Below are positions 9,358 to 18,316 of a stretch of 64,000 nucleotides of DNA, piece by piece. Source of the stretch: Candidatus Azophilus sp. (GTDB taxonomy: Bacteria > Pseudomonadota > Gammaproteobacteria > Pseudomonadales > Azotimanducaceae); assembly GCA_965221465.1 (NCBI GenBank), contig OZ244892.1, positions 1,577,536-1,641,535 on the forward strand. The letters run 5' to 3'. The notes under the pieces were generated by a model. The model was not told the DNA's origin, did no database searches, and saw only the letters and a program-made list of their open reading frames with translations. Made by a program: the position numbers and the translations under genes. Numbering within the stretch: position 1 is the stretch's first letter; every line of letters starts with the position of its first letter.

Positions 9358-11649
9358 CTAATCGCCGGCCACCTGCGGTATCTCGCAGGCAGTCTCCAGC
9401 AACTCCGGATACTCCTCGCGGTAGGACGACTCGCAGAATGCAATGACCCCATTGGCCCGGTCGACGACATAGGCGCGGATATCCTGCGCACCCCGGGCAT
9501 CGAGCACATGGCTGAACTCCGGCATGCCCATCTGCGTATAGGCGCCGTCGAGGACGATGGCGTTCCAGATGTCGTGGGTTGCTTCACTCGCGTACAGCAG
9601 GCTGCGTATCGTCCCCGAGGTCCCCACGCCCGGGCCATGGCAGGACGCACAGTAGACGTGAAAGGCGTCCTGGCCGCGCCGTACCTGTTCCTGCGTGTAG
9701 TCCATTGGCGGTGGCGTGGGCACGCCGATGTAGGTCACGTCGGGCTGCGGCAACTCGACATTCCCGCCCAGCTTGTAGGTCAGAATCCGCCCCTCGCTCA
9801 ACACGTTGTCCCGGTGGCGGGGTGCGCCGGTCGCGACGCCGTAGGCTCCGCCCCAACCGGCAACGACACTGATGTACTGTTCCCCGTCGACGCTGTAGCT
9901 CACGGGCGCTGCAATGATGCCGACATGGGTCGGGCTTTCCCAAAGGAGTTCTCCCGAATCCGCGGCATAGGCGGCAAACCGGCCGTCTGCCCGGCCTTGA
10001 AAGACCAGATTGCCGGCCGTGGACAAGAGGCCGCCGTTCCACGCGGTGGCGTGCTGGACTCGCCACACTTCCTGCTGGCTCACCGGGTCCCAGGCCGCGA
10101 GGAAGCCGCGGATGTCCTGCAGGTTGGCGATATTCTCCTCCGCGGTGGGCGGCGGTGCGGAGAGGCGGAAGTCGACCCCGGTGTTCCAGGCCTCGGGGGC
10201 GTACTTGAAGGCGTTGTCCTGGGCATAGTCGAAACGCATGTCGAGAGCGGGGATATAGACCAGGCCGGTCCCCGGATGGTAGGTCATGGGATGCCAGTTG
10301 TGCCCGCCCAGCGGGCCGGGCCGAACGCGCTTTGTTTCGTTGGCATAGTGTGCCTCGGGGTTTTCCACCGGGCGCCCGGTTTCCGGGTCCACATGGGTCG
10401 CCCAGGTCACGGGCACGTAGGCTTCCGCCGAGATGAACTCGCCGTTGGTGCGGTCGATAACGTAGAAGAAGCCGTTCTTGGGCGCCTGCATGATCACCTG
10501 GCGCATGCGGCCGGCAATCTCGATGTCGGCCAGGATCATGTGCTGTACGGCGGTGTAGTCCCAGGTGTCGCCGGGGGTCGTCTGATAGTGCCATGCCCGC
10601 CGGCCCGTATCGGGGTCGATGGCTACGATGGAGGACAGGTACAAGTTGTCCCCGCCGCCCGGGCTGCGAATGTACCGGTTCCAGGGCGAGCCGTTGCCGG
10701 TACCGATATACAGCAGGTTCAGGTCGGGATCGTAAGCCATGGAGTCCCAGACCGTGCCGCCGCCGCCGACTTCCCACCACCTGCCGCCCTGCCAGGTGGC
10801 GGCCGCCAGTTCCATGTCTTCGGTCTCGAAACCGTCGGCGGGATTGCCCGGCACGGTATGGAAACGCCACAATCGCTCGCCGGTAGCAGCATCGTAGGCG
10901 GTGATGTAGCCGCGAACGCCGTATTCCGCGCCGCCGTTGCCGATGATGACCTTGTCGCTGACGATCCGGGGCGCGCCGGTGATGGTGTATGCCCGGTCGC
11001 GCGGCGTGGTTTCCACATCCCAGACGGGTTCGCCGGTGCCCGCATCCAGTGCAACCAGGCGTCCGTCGAGGGTGCCGACGTAGATCCTGCCCTTCCAGGC
11101 TGCCACACCGCGGTTGACCACATCGCAGCAGGCGTATCGCCCCCAGGCGCGCGGCACCTGCGGGTCGTATTCCCACAGCAACTCACCGGTTTTCGCATCG
11201 TGTGCCCAGACCACCGACCAGGTGCCGGTGCTGAACATCACGCCGTCGACGACGATGGGGGTCGCCTCGAGCCCGCGTTTCGTGCCGGTGTCCCAGTACC
11301 AGGCGAGGCCCAGTTCGCCCACCGTTTCCCGATTGATCGCATCGAGGGGGCTGTGCCGCTGCTCGTCGTAGGTACGCCCGGTGCTGAGCCAGTTGCCCGG
11401 TTCGCCCTTCGCGATTCGCGCACCGTCGATGTCGGCCGTTGCCTGTTGAATCTCCGTGACGCGAGACTGCGGGGAATCGACCGGGGCTTCCGACAATGGG
11501 GACACGGCCTCACCCCCCTGGCCCGACGGTTCGGAACACCCGTTCAGCAACGCCAGCAGCCCGACAACAGCCAGGTTGCGCTCGAAGGCCCGCCGGCAAA
11601 CAAATGGAAGATCACTATCGGAACCAGGCGCCGCAGTCGTAACCATCAT
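9358..11649 (-). CDS. PQQ-dependent quinohemoprotein dehydrogenase (alcohol dehydrogenase type, C-terminal cytochrome c domain), predicted lipoprotein
   Basis: 763 aa. Vicinal-Cys motif YACCDVVNRG, beta-propeller W-repeats, C-terminal CASCHG heme site. Signal RRAFERNLAVVGLLALLNGC. The only usable start is ATGATG at 11649, inside the tail of repeat copy B. Confidence 0.9.
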   Translation of the reverse strand: MMVTTAAPGSDSDLPFVCRRAFERNLAVVGLLALLNGCSEPSGQGGEAVSPLSEAPVDSPQSRVTEIQQATADIDGARIAKGEPGNWLSTGRTYDEQRHSPLDAINRETVGELGLAWYWDTGTKRGLEATPIVVDGVMFSTGTWSVVWAHDAKTGELLWEYDPQVPRAWGRYACCDVVNRGVAAWKGRIYVGTLDGRLVALDAGTGEPVWDVETTPRDRAYTITGAPRIVSDKVIIGNGGAEYGVRGYITAYDAATGERLWRFHTVPGNPADGFETEDMELAAATWQGGRWWEVGGGGTVWDSMAYDPDLNLLYIGTGNGSPWNRYIRSPGGGDNLYLSSIVAIDPDTGRRAWHYQTTPGDTWDYTAVQHMILADIEIAGRMRQVIMQAPKNGFFYVIDRTNGEFISAEAYVPVTWATHVDPETGRPVENPEAHYANETKRVRPGPLGGHNWHPMTYHPGTGLVYIPALDMRFDYAQDNAFKYAPEAWNTGVDFRLSAPPPTAEENIANLQDIRGFLAAWDPVSQQEVWRVQHATAWNGGLLSTAGNLVFQGRADGRFAAYAADSGELLWESPTHVGIIAAPVSYSVDGEQYISVVAGWGGAYGVATGAPRHRDNVLSEGRILTYKLGGNVELPQPDVTYIGVPTPPPMDYTQEQVRRGQDAFHVYCASCHGPGVGTSGTIRSLLYASEATHDIWNAIVLDGAYTQMGMPEFSHVLDARGAQDIRAYVVDRANGVIAFCESSYREEYPELLETACEIPQVAGD

Positions 11650-11890
11650 GAAAATACCTTCCAAGTGATTGATTTCATTGAATTCGCGAACCAAGGAAAC
11701 CTTACCTTCGATCCGGCACCGAGAACCGGCATGCGGTACGTGCATGCGGCGCACCAGGCGGCGGCGCTTACGGCTACGATAGGCGCAAGAGCGAGCCTTA
11801 ACAGCGCCGCATACACGCACCGCACACCGGTTCTCTCCCAGCGGGCCTTTGTTGCTTTCACGTCCGCGGTCCCGCGCGCCGGGGTGAAAT
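11647..11890 (-). repeat. Structured intergenic repeat element, copy B (full length, intra-operonic)
   Basis: Aligns end to end with copy C. The 32-nt arms 11835-11804 and 11752-11721 pair at all positions. Tail ...AATCAATCACTTGGAAGGTATTTTCATG. Confidence 0.9.
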
Positions 11891-11939
11891 CTTTCATCGA
11901 ATACCCCCTCCTGTGCTGTTCGATGAATGACGTGGAATC

Positions 11940-12356
11940 TCAGTCGGCCGGCTCGAAGAGCGGCAGGCAGAGGTCGTCGTGTTCTTCCCAGCGGACGCGC
12001 ACACGCATGCCGATTTTCACGTCCTCCTGCGGGTCCTCCACCCCGACGATGTTGGAGACGAGCCTCGGGCCTTCGTCCAGGTCGACCCAGGCCACTGCGT
12101 AAGGCACCAGCGTGCGGAAGAACGGGTGATAGCTCTGGCGCACGACGCTGTAGGTGTAGACGGTGCCGAACCCGGCAGATCGTTTCCAGGCGAGGTCGTT
12201 GCCCAGGCAGGCGGTACAGTGCCCCCGCGGATAGAAGACCACATTGCCGCAGTCGCGGCATTGCTGGTAGGTGAGCGCCTTGTTCCGGGTTGCGACCCAG
12301 AAGGCTCGGGAATCGGCCTCGTCGAGGCTCGGCAGCGGGCGCCCTGGCGTGTTCAT
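11940..12356 (-). CDS. DUF35 OB-fold / zinc-ribbon protein (thiolase partner)
   Basis: 138 aa. Zn-ribbon CRDCG...CTAC followed by an OB-fold. GGGGAGGGA upstream. Starts 2 nt after the thiolase-like stop. Confidence 0.8.
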   Translation of the reverse strand: MNTPGRPLPSLDEADSRAFWVATRNKALTYQQCRDCGNVVFYPRGHCTACLGNDLAWKRSAGFGTVYTYSVVRQSYHPFFRTLVPYAVAWVDLDEGPRLVSNIVGVEDPQEDVKIGMRVRVRWEEHDDLCLPLFEPAD

Positions 12357-12358
12357 GC

Positions 12359-13567
12359 TCAATCCCTCCCCAGCACGACGGTTCCGGCGCAATGCCGGCT
12401 GCCGAGCATGCCGCCGTTGCCGTGCGCCACGGCAAGCGCTGCGCCCTCTACCTGGGAACAGGACTCGCCCCGCAATTGCCGCGCCGCCTCGATCAGCAGA
12501 AAGATGCCGCGCATGCCCGGGTGATTCGACGAAAGCCCGCCGCCATCGGTATTCAGCGCCGGACCGTCCGCCGGCCGGTCGAAGCGCAATCGGCCGCCCT
12601 CGATCCAGCGGCCGCCCTCGCCCTTGGGACAAAACCCCAGGTCTTCCAGGATCGTCAACACCGTGATGCTGAAGGAGTCGTAGATCATGGCCACATCGAT
12701 CTCCCGAGGAGTCACGCCGGCCTCGCCGAAGGCGTCGGGGCCCGACTGCACGGCGGCGCTGGCGGTGATGTCACCGCCGTTTTCCGGGTAGCGGGTCGCT
12801 TCCCCGGTGCCGAGCAGCCAGACCGGCGGCTTCCGGCAGTTGCTCGCCACCTCGGGAGCGGCGATTACCACCGCACCGCCGCCGTCGGAAATCATGCAGC
12901 AATCCAGGAGGTGCAGCGGGTCGGCGATCATTCGGGAGTTGACCACGTCCTCGATGCCGGTCTCGCGAATGTCGAGAAACTCCAGGTCTTTCATGGCCTG
13001 GACCGCTTGCGGATTGCGCATGGCGTGATAGCGGGTCGCCACCGGAATTTCGGCGAGCTGTTCATGGGTAGTGCCGTAGTCGTGCATGTGACGCTGCGCC
13101 ACCATGGCGTAGTTGGCGACCAGGGTCATGCCGGCGAATCGATCCATGTTGTCCGCGGGATGCCCGATCGCGCCGCCGCGCCCGCCAACACCGATGGCGT
13201 TGGCGTTGCTGTGCGCCGTGGAGCCATACGTCAGAAGCCCAACGTTGGCCTTGCCGGCGGCAATGTCCCGTTTTGCGTGGGCCGCGTGAAATTCGTAGGA
13301 GGCGCCGCCGACGTTCGTGGTGTCGATGACCCGGGGCCTGATGCCGAAATGCTCGGCGATGCTGAGGCCGGCCATGCCGCCGCCTTCACCGGCATCGTAG
13401 ACGGCATCGATATCACCCCAGCCGAGGCCTGCGTCCTCGAGGGCCCGCGCAGCGCTTTCGGCCTTGATCTGCAACGGACTGACGCTGCCCTCGACGTCCC
13501 GGGACGGGTATTCGTGAATGCCGACGATTGCGGCATCCCTTGCCTGATCCCTTGCCTGCGCGGTCAA
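12359..13567 (-). CDS. Thiolase-like protein (SCP-x / lipid-transfer type)
   Basis: N-terminal DAAIVGIHEY and thiolase-fold-like sequence throughout. The start is uncertain: TTG 13567 is preferred, and GTG 13603 lies inside a REP unit. Confidence 0.75.
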   Translation of the reverse strand: MTAQARDQARDAAIVGIHEYPSRDVEGSVSPLQIKAESAARALEDAGLGWGDIDAVYDAGEGGGMAGLSIAEHFGIRPRVIDTTNVGGASYEFHAAHAKRDIAAGKANVGLLTYGSTAHSNANAIGVGGRGGAIGHPADNMDRFAGMTLVANYAMVAQRHMHDYGTTHEQLAEIPVATRYHAMRNPQAVQAMKDLEFLDIRETGIEDVVNSRMIADPLHLLDCCMISDGGGAVVIAAPEVASNCRKPPVWLLGTGEATRYPENGGDITASAAVQSGPDAFGEAGVTPREIDVAMIYDSFSITVLTILEDLGFCPKGEGGRWIEGGRLRFDRPADGPALNTDGGGLSSNHPGMRGIFLLIEAARQLRGESCSQVEGAALAVAHGNGGMLGSRHCAGTVVLGRD

Positions 13568-13600
13568 GCGGACGCCCCTGAACGGCAGGGCGCAGGACGG

Positions 13601-13636
13601 CACCTCGACGGCCTCGCGACGAAAGTTGGTGACGGG
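13601..13636 (+). repeat. REP-like element
   Basis: CACCTCGACGGCCTCGCGACGAAAGTTGGTGACGGG, same family as 6021. Confidence 0.75.
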
Positions 13637-13653
13637 TCGGGGCTGGAGATTTT

Positions 13654-13872
13654 CATGGTACAGATTTCCGAGTAATCGACTTTATTCGATGTGTTGACCT
13701 GGGGAACCATTCCGTCGAACCGGTCGCCGAAAGCCGGAGCAGGATACGTGCATACGGCGCGCCGAGCGATCCCTGAATTGCAAGAAACCTGTGGGACCGG
13801 ACACTAACATACAACCGGATTCGAGCGGAACGCCCATGCAGGCGCTGGACGCACCGTAAAGCTCCGGTATGA
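13654..13872 (-). repeat. Structured intergenic repeat element, copy D (diverged, head missing)
   Basis: Tail CGATTACTCGGAAATCTGTACCATG and 3' arm GCGCCGTATGCACGTATCCTGCTCCGG align to B and C. A degenerate complementary 5' arm is present (ACCGGAGC...GGTGCGT...GCGCC). Confidence 0.65.
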
Positions 13873-13873
13873 T
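13846..13873 (+). promoter_or_regulatory. Candidate sigma70 promoter for the ferredoxin gene
   Basis: TGGACG, 16-nt spacer, TATGAT, ending 42 nt upstream of ATG 13916. GAAGGAG Shine-Dalgarno at 13898-13904. Confidence 0.35.
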
Positions 13874-13915
13874 ACGCCCCCTTCCGATACCCCCGACGAA
13901 GGAGCGCGCTCAGCA

Positions 13916-14236
13916 ATGCCCACCATCACCTATGTCGAATTCGACGGCACGGAGCATGTCGTCGCGGGCGAAACGGGCTCGACGGTCATGCGCACCGCCA
14001 TAGAGAACGGCGTGCCGGGTATCGATGCAGACTGCGGGGGCGAATGTTCCTGTGCGACCTGCCATGTCATCGTTGCGGACGAGTGGATGGAAACTGTCGG
14101 CCGACCACACGACATGGAGGAATCGATGCTCGACCTCAATCCGGAACGGGAACCCAACTCCAGGCTCTCCTGCCAGATCGACGTGACCGACGCCATCGAC
14201 GGGCTCGTCGTCAAGCTGCCCGAGTTCCAGATGTAG
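13916..14236 (+). CDS. 2Fe-2S ferredoxin (adrenodoxin/putidaredoxin type)
   Basis: 106 aa. Cluster motif [11 protein letters not shown] plus a distal Cys (LSCQI). Confidence 0.9.
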   Translation: MPTITYVEFDGTEHVVAGETGSTVMRTAIENGVPGIDADCGGECSCATCHVIVADEWMETVGRPHDMEESMLDLNPEREPNSRLSCQIDVTDAIDGLVVKLPEFQM

Positions 14237-14261
14237 CAGAGCTGGCGGCAACCGGCCGCCG

Positions 14262-16784
14262 TCAACCCATTCCCATGTCCTTGCGCATCGCTTCGACGAC
14301 GCCGCCGAACTCGGCTTCGTTCTCGCCGCTCAGCGCCGCGAGCACTTCGTGGGCCTTGAGCAACCGCATCTTCTGGCCCCTCGGATCGGCATCCGGCAAA
14401 TCGAGAGTTTCCCGGTTGTCCGGGACCGGCAGCGACTGTTCCGAGATATGCTTCAGAACCACATCCATGCTGAGTTCCCGGAAGGCCTCGAGCAAGGCAG
14501 CGCTCGCGCCCTGTATGCGGACGCCGCCGGCATTTTCCTCGGCCTCCTGAACGAGTTCGTGCAGGGTGCCCAGCAGGGCGCTGTCGAGGTACTCGCACTC
14601 GGCCAGGTCGACGATCAGCAGCTTGCCGGCATCGAACGCCGCGCGTCCGCCCAGTATCAGCGCCTCGGCGTAGGTCCAGGTCACCCGGCCCTTCAGGCAG
14701 ACGAACCGGCCCGTGTCCGTTTCCGCCCAGGTGAGGCTCGGTGCGTCCGCGGGCGGGTCGATCTCCAGTTCGGGAACATCGTCGTCGCTGCCGAAGTGGC
14801 TCTCGCCGGCATGACCTTCCAGCAGCAGCATGGTCACGTCGTCCCGGTCTTCGCGTTCATGCCCGTGGGAGAGTTCGATGAACAGTTCGTCCAGCACGTG
14901 CTCGCCATCGTCTTGACCGATCAATGTCCTGGCGATGGAGCCAACGCTCGGTTTGTCCTCGCCGCCGATGTCGAAAATGCCGTCGGTATAGAAAAGCAGC
15001 CGATCCTGTTCCCCGAGGGGCGTTTCACTTTCGGCAAACACCGCGTCCCGATACAAGCCCAGCGCCGGCCCGGTGTGCTCGATCCGGTCGACGCTGCCGA
15101 ACCGCCCCACCAGAATGGCAGGGCTGTGGCCGGCCGAGGCGATCGTTGCCCGTCTTTTCTTCGTGTCGAGCAGACAGTAGATGCAGGTTACGAACATTCC
15201 GGGCGTCGTCGGGCCCGCGAGCAGTGCGCGATTAACCTGTTGCAGGGCTTCCGAAGGACGCAGCGGCCGACCGCGCCGGTTGGTGAAGGACAGGCGGTGC
15301 TTGAACAGTACGGACAGCATGGCCGCACTCACGCCGTGGCCGGATGCATCGGCAATAACCAGCACCAGATAGCGCTTGTCGATCTTGACGATATCGAACA
15401 GGTCACCGCCGACATTGTGACCCGGCCGGTACAGGGTGTGGACGCAGAAACCGGCGATCTCCGGCGGCGCTCCCGGCAGCAGCGAACGCTGAATGACCTC
15501 GGCGCGTTTCAGATCGAGTTCCATGGTCTCGGCATGGTTGTCCAGCACCCGGCACAGTTCCGCCAGCTGATCGCGGGATTCTTCGAGTTGCAGGGTGCGT
15601 TCCCTGACCCGTTCCTCGAGGTGATTCTGATGCTGGGCCAGCGACGAGGTCATGGTATTGAAGGCATTGCCGAGCAGCCCCAATTCGTCACGGGTGGCGA
15701 TGCGCGCCTGCACGCTCGTGTCGCCGCCTTCGATGGCCCGGGCCACCTTGGCGAGCCGCAATACCGGGCGCGTGAAGACCGCGGCGATCCGCCCGCCGAT
15801 CAGTGCAGCCGCCAGAAAGAACACGATCGCCACCACCAGCGCCACGACGCCGACACGGCCGATCGGGGCATAGGCTTCTTCCGCCGCGACCTGAGCCACC
15901 ATCCCCCAGCCCCCGTAGCCGATGGGCATGTGCACCGAGAGCACCTCGCGCCCGAGGTAGTCGGTGGTCTCGGCAAACCCGGTTTCGCCGCTCAGGGCGG
16001 CGCGCATGGCTGCATCCCCCGACGCCTCGACGGACAGGGAGTCCACCGGGCCGACCGGAAACAGGTATCGGATGCGATCCTCATCGGCCCCCGCCGCGTT
16101 CCAGGCGCCGAGCCGCACTTCCGCACTGCGGAATCCGCTGGGCAGCGCAGCGAGAATATCCAGTTCCGGCTGGGCATCCACTTCCACCAGCACCACGCCC
16201 AGAAAGCGGCCCTGGCGGCTTTGAATCGGGGCCGAAAGCATGGCGCGGAATTCGCCCGCCACGGGTATCGGCAGCCCCAGGGTGGGTTCTTCCATGCCGT
16301 CGAGATAGGCGCGGCTGGCGGAGAGGTCGGCGCCGAGTTGGGTGACGTCGGTCGCGGTTACCACTACCCCGGCGGGGTCCGTGACGCGGGTATTCAGGAG
16401 GCCTTCGGCACTTTGTTGCGCATCGAGCAGAATCCGCGTCGTCGCAGCCCGAAACGACGCTTCCTCGATCTGCCCATCGAGCCTCGTTTCGAGCAACTCA
16501 CGCAATCGGGTTCCGCTCGCCACGATGCGGATGCTGTCGCTGCGCTGCCGGACGTGGCTGAGGAGGACTTCGCTGATCCCCTCAGCGCGAAGCGTCAGCT
16601 GCTGCTGAACACTGGAGGAGAGCAATTGGCGCACATGGAAGTAATTGACGAGGGTCAGCACCGTCGCGGTAAGCGCGATCAACGCCGCCAGCAACAAGAC
16701 GAACTTGCCGCGTAGCGATCGCGCCAGCGGGATGTCGGTATCCGCTGCAGGGCGGGACACCGCACTCTCCTTCTCTTCGGCCAT
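14262..16784 (-). CDS. Membrane sensor PP2C (SpoIIE/RsbU-like) phosphatase with HAMP domain and a fused C-terminal STAS domain
   Basis: Two TM segments flank a roughly 250-aa periplasmic region. HAMP (RDELGLLGNAFNTM). PP2C motifs GGDLFD, IADASGHGVSAAM, FYTDG. C-terminal STAS-like LIVDLAECEYLDSALLGTLHELV. ATG 16784 is preferred because the upstream ATG 16877 lies inside a REP unit. Confidence 0.8.
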   Translation of the reverse strand: MAEEKESAVSRPAADTDIPLARSLRGKFVLLLAALIALTATVLTLVNYFHVRQLLSSSVQQQLTLRAEGISEVLLSHVRQRSDSIRIVASGTRLRELLETRLDGQIEEASFRAATTRILLDAQQSAEGLLNTRVTDPAGVVVTATDVTQLGADLSASRAYLDGMEEPTLGLPIPVAGEFRAMLSAPIQSRQGRFLGVVLVEVDAQPELDILAALPSGFRSAEVRLGAWNAAGADEDRIRYLFPVGPVDSLSVEASGDAAMRAALSGETGFAETTDYLGREVLSVHMPIGYGGWGMVAQVAAEEAYAPIGRVGVVALVVAIVFFLAAALIGGRIAAVFTRPVLRLAKVARAIEGGDTSVQARIATRDELGLLGNAFNTMTSSLAQHQNHLEERVRERTLQLEESRDQLAELCRVLDNHAETMELDLKRAEVIQRSLLPGAPPEIAGFCVHTLYRPGHNVGGDLFDIVKIDKRYLVLVIADASGHGVSAAMLSVLFKHRLSFTNRRGRPLRPSEALQQVNRALLAGPTTPGMFVTCIYCLLDTKKRRATIASAGHSPAILVGRFGSVDRIEHTGPALGLYRDAVFAESETPLGEQDRLLFYTDGIFDIGGEDKPSVGSIARTLIGQDDGEHVLDELFIELSHGHEREDRDDVTMLLLEGHAGESHFGSDDDVPELEIDPPADAPSLTWAETDTGRFVCLKGRVTWTYAEALILGGRAAFDAGKLLIVDLAECEYLDSALLGTLHELVQEAEENAGGVRIQGASAALLEAFRELSMDVVLKHISEQSLPVPDNRETLDLPDADPRGQKMRLLKAHEVLAALSGENEAEFGGVVEAMRKDMGMG

Positions 16785-16871
16785 CGCGCGCAGTCTATCA
16801 GAATCGGTAGCCGGATACTCCGACGACAGGGCGCCCTGGCGGCCGTCGCGAGCACGGCCGCGCTTGCGCGA

Positions 16872-16910
16872 GTGCATCGGCGTCCACAGCAGCGAGATGG
16901 TGATGGATGC
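16872..16910 (+). repeat. REP-like element (GCATCGGCGTCC variant, diverged)
   Basis: GTGCATCGGCGTCCACAGCAGCGAGATGGTGATGGATGC, compared with 37961 GTGCATCGGCGTCCGCAGCAGGAAGCTGGTGACGGATGC. Confidence 0.65.
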
Positions 16911-16913
16911 GGA

Positions 16914-18263
16914 CTAGCCGGTGATGCCGAAAACGAAGATCAGCAACACGGCTGCAGGCGCCAGATAGCGGACCAGCAGCCGCCAGACGGCGAACAGCGA
17001 TTCGCTGGCCATGCCGAGTTCGTCACGCGCCGAAGCGGTCTTGACGAACCAGCCGGCGAACACCGCGATCAACAGGCCGCCGACAGGCAACAGAATCTGG
17101 TTGGGCACGTAATCGAATACCGCATTCAGGTCACGGCCGAACACCTGAATTTCACTCCAGACGTTGTACGACAGCACACTGATCAGGCTGAGCACGGCAA
17201 CGCCGCAGAGAACCAGGAGTGCGCTCCTGTGCCGGGCAAACCCCTGGTGCTCTTCCATCCAGGCGGTCATGGGTTCGATCAACCCGACCATGGAGGTGAT
17301 TGCTGCGACCGTCAGCAGCAGGAAGAACAGCACGCTCACCAGGTGACCGCCCGGCATCTGCGCAAACGCCACCGGCAGGGTCTCGAAGATAAGGCCGACA
17401 CCGCCGGCCGGGTCCAGGCCGAAATTGAACACCACCGGAAAGATGACGAGACCCGCCACCAGGGCCACCAGGGTGTCCGCGGCGACAATCACCAGCGCGC
17501 TGCCGGGGATGGAGACGTTTTTGGGCAGATAGGCCCCAAAGGTCATCATCCCCGCCATGGCGACGCCGATGGAGAAGAACGCCTGGCCCACCGCGGCCAG
17601 GACCATCGGACCGTCGACCTTGCTGAAGTCCGGCGAGAACAGGTACGTGAGCGCCGCTCCGAATCCGCCGGCGAAGACGTTGTAGACCGCGAGCCCCACG
17701 AGCAGCACGAACAGCGTGGGCATCAGGACGCGCACGGCTCGCTCGATCCCCGAGCGTACCCCCGCGTAGATAATGACACCCGTGATCGCAAGCCCCAGGA
17801 AAGTCCAGAAAACGAGCCCGGGTATATCGACCAGCACCGCCGCGAAGCCCTGCTTGGCCGCAGCGGCGTCCATCCCCGCAAACCCCGTGAACACGGCCTT
17901 GTAGAGATACAGCAGCACCCAGCCGGCGATCACGCAGTAGACCACCTCGATCAGGAAGGCAGCCACCAGGTTCATGCCGCCCGCCCATTGCCAATGCCTC
18001 GATATTCCCGCATCCCGCGCCAGGGCACGCATCGAACCGGGCGGGCTCATGCCGCCACGCCGGCCGATCATGAGTTCGGCGATGAGTATCGGCACGCCGA
18101 TGGCGAAGGCGCAGACCAGATAAACGATCACGAAGGCGGCGCCGCCGTTCTCGCCGGTGATGTAGGGAAACCGCCAGATATTGCCGAGCCCCACGGCGAA
18201 GCCGACCGAAGCCAGCAGAAAACTCAGCCGCGAAGACCATTGCTCGTGTACCGCACCCGCCAT
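16914..18263 (-). CDS. Sodium-dependent transporter, NSS (SNF) family
   Basis: 449 aa polytopic protein. Signature GLGNIWRFPY near the N-terminus. Confidence 0.9.
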   Translation of the reverse strand: MAGAVHEQWSSRLSFLLASVGFAVGLGNIWRFPYITGENGGAAFVIVYLVCAFAIGVPILIAELMIGRRGGMSPPGSMRALARDAGISRHWQWAGGMNLVAAFLIEVVYCVIAGWVLLYLYKAVFTGFAGMDAAAAKQGFAAVLVDIPGLVFWTFLGLAITGVIIYAGVRSGIERAVRVLMPTLFVLLVGLAVYNVFAGGFGAALTYLFSPDFSKVDGPMVLAAVGQAFFSIGVAMAGMMTFGAYLPKNVSIPGSALVIVAADTLVALVAGLVIFPVVFNFGLDPAGGVGLIFETLPVAFAQMPGGHLVSVLFFLLLTVAAITSMVGLIEPMTAWMEEHQGFARHRSALLVLCGVAVLSLISVLSYNVWSEIQVFGRDLNAVFDYVPNQILLPVGGLLIAVFAGWFVKTASARDELGMASESLFAVWRLLVRYLAPAAVLLIFVFGITG

Positions 18264-18316
18264 TGCCCGTTCCCTCGTCCCGTTGCACCCAGCGCCGACG
18301 TGCAGATGCTACAGGA

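Noticed and set aside
9358-12435. The 1025-aa ORF-track version of the PQQ dehydrogenase, and similar 5' extensions (52807-54333, 53625-55259, 22131, 24460-26577, 60309-61601).
   Set aside because: The extensions run through repeat elements or through neighbouring genes in another frame. They were trimmed to starts that give sensible N-termini, Shine-Dalgarno sites or stop/start overlaps.
13534-13557. The 12-nt duplication GGCAAGGGATCA x2 as a regulatory site equivalent to the 11-bp repeats at 30838.
   Set aside because: No in-frame start exists downstream of it, so it is most simply a coding duplication (QARDQARD) in the thiolase N-terminus. The motif link is mentioned under the 30838 finding but not called as a feature.
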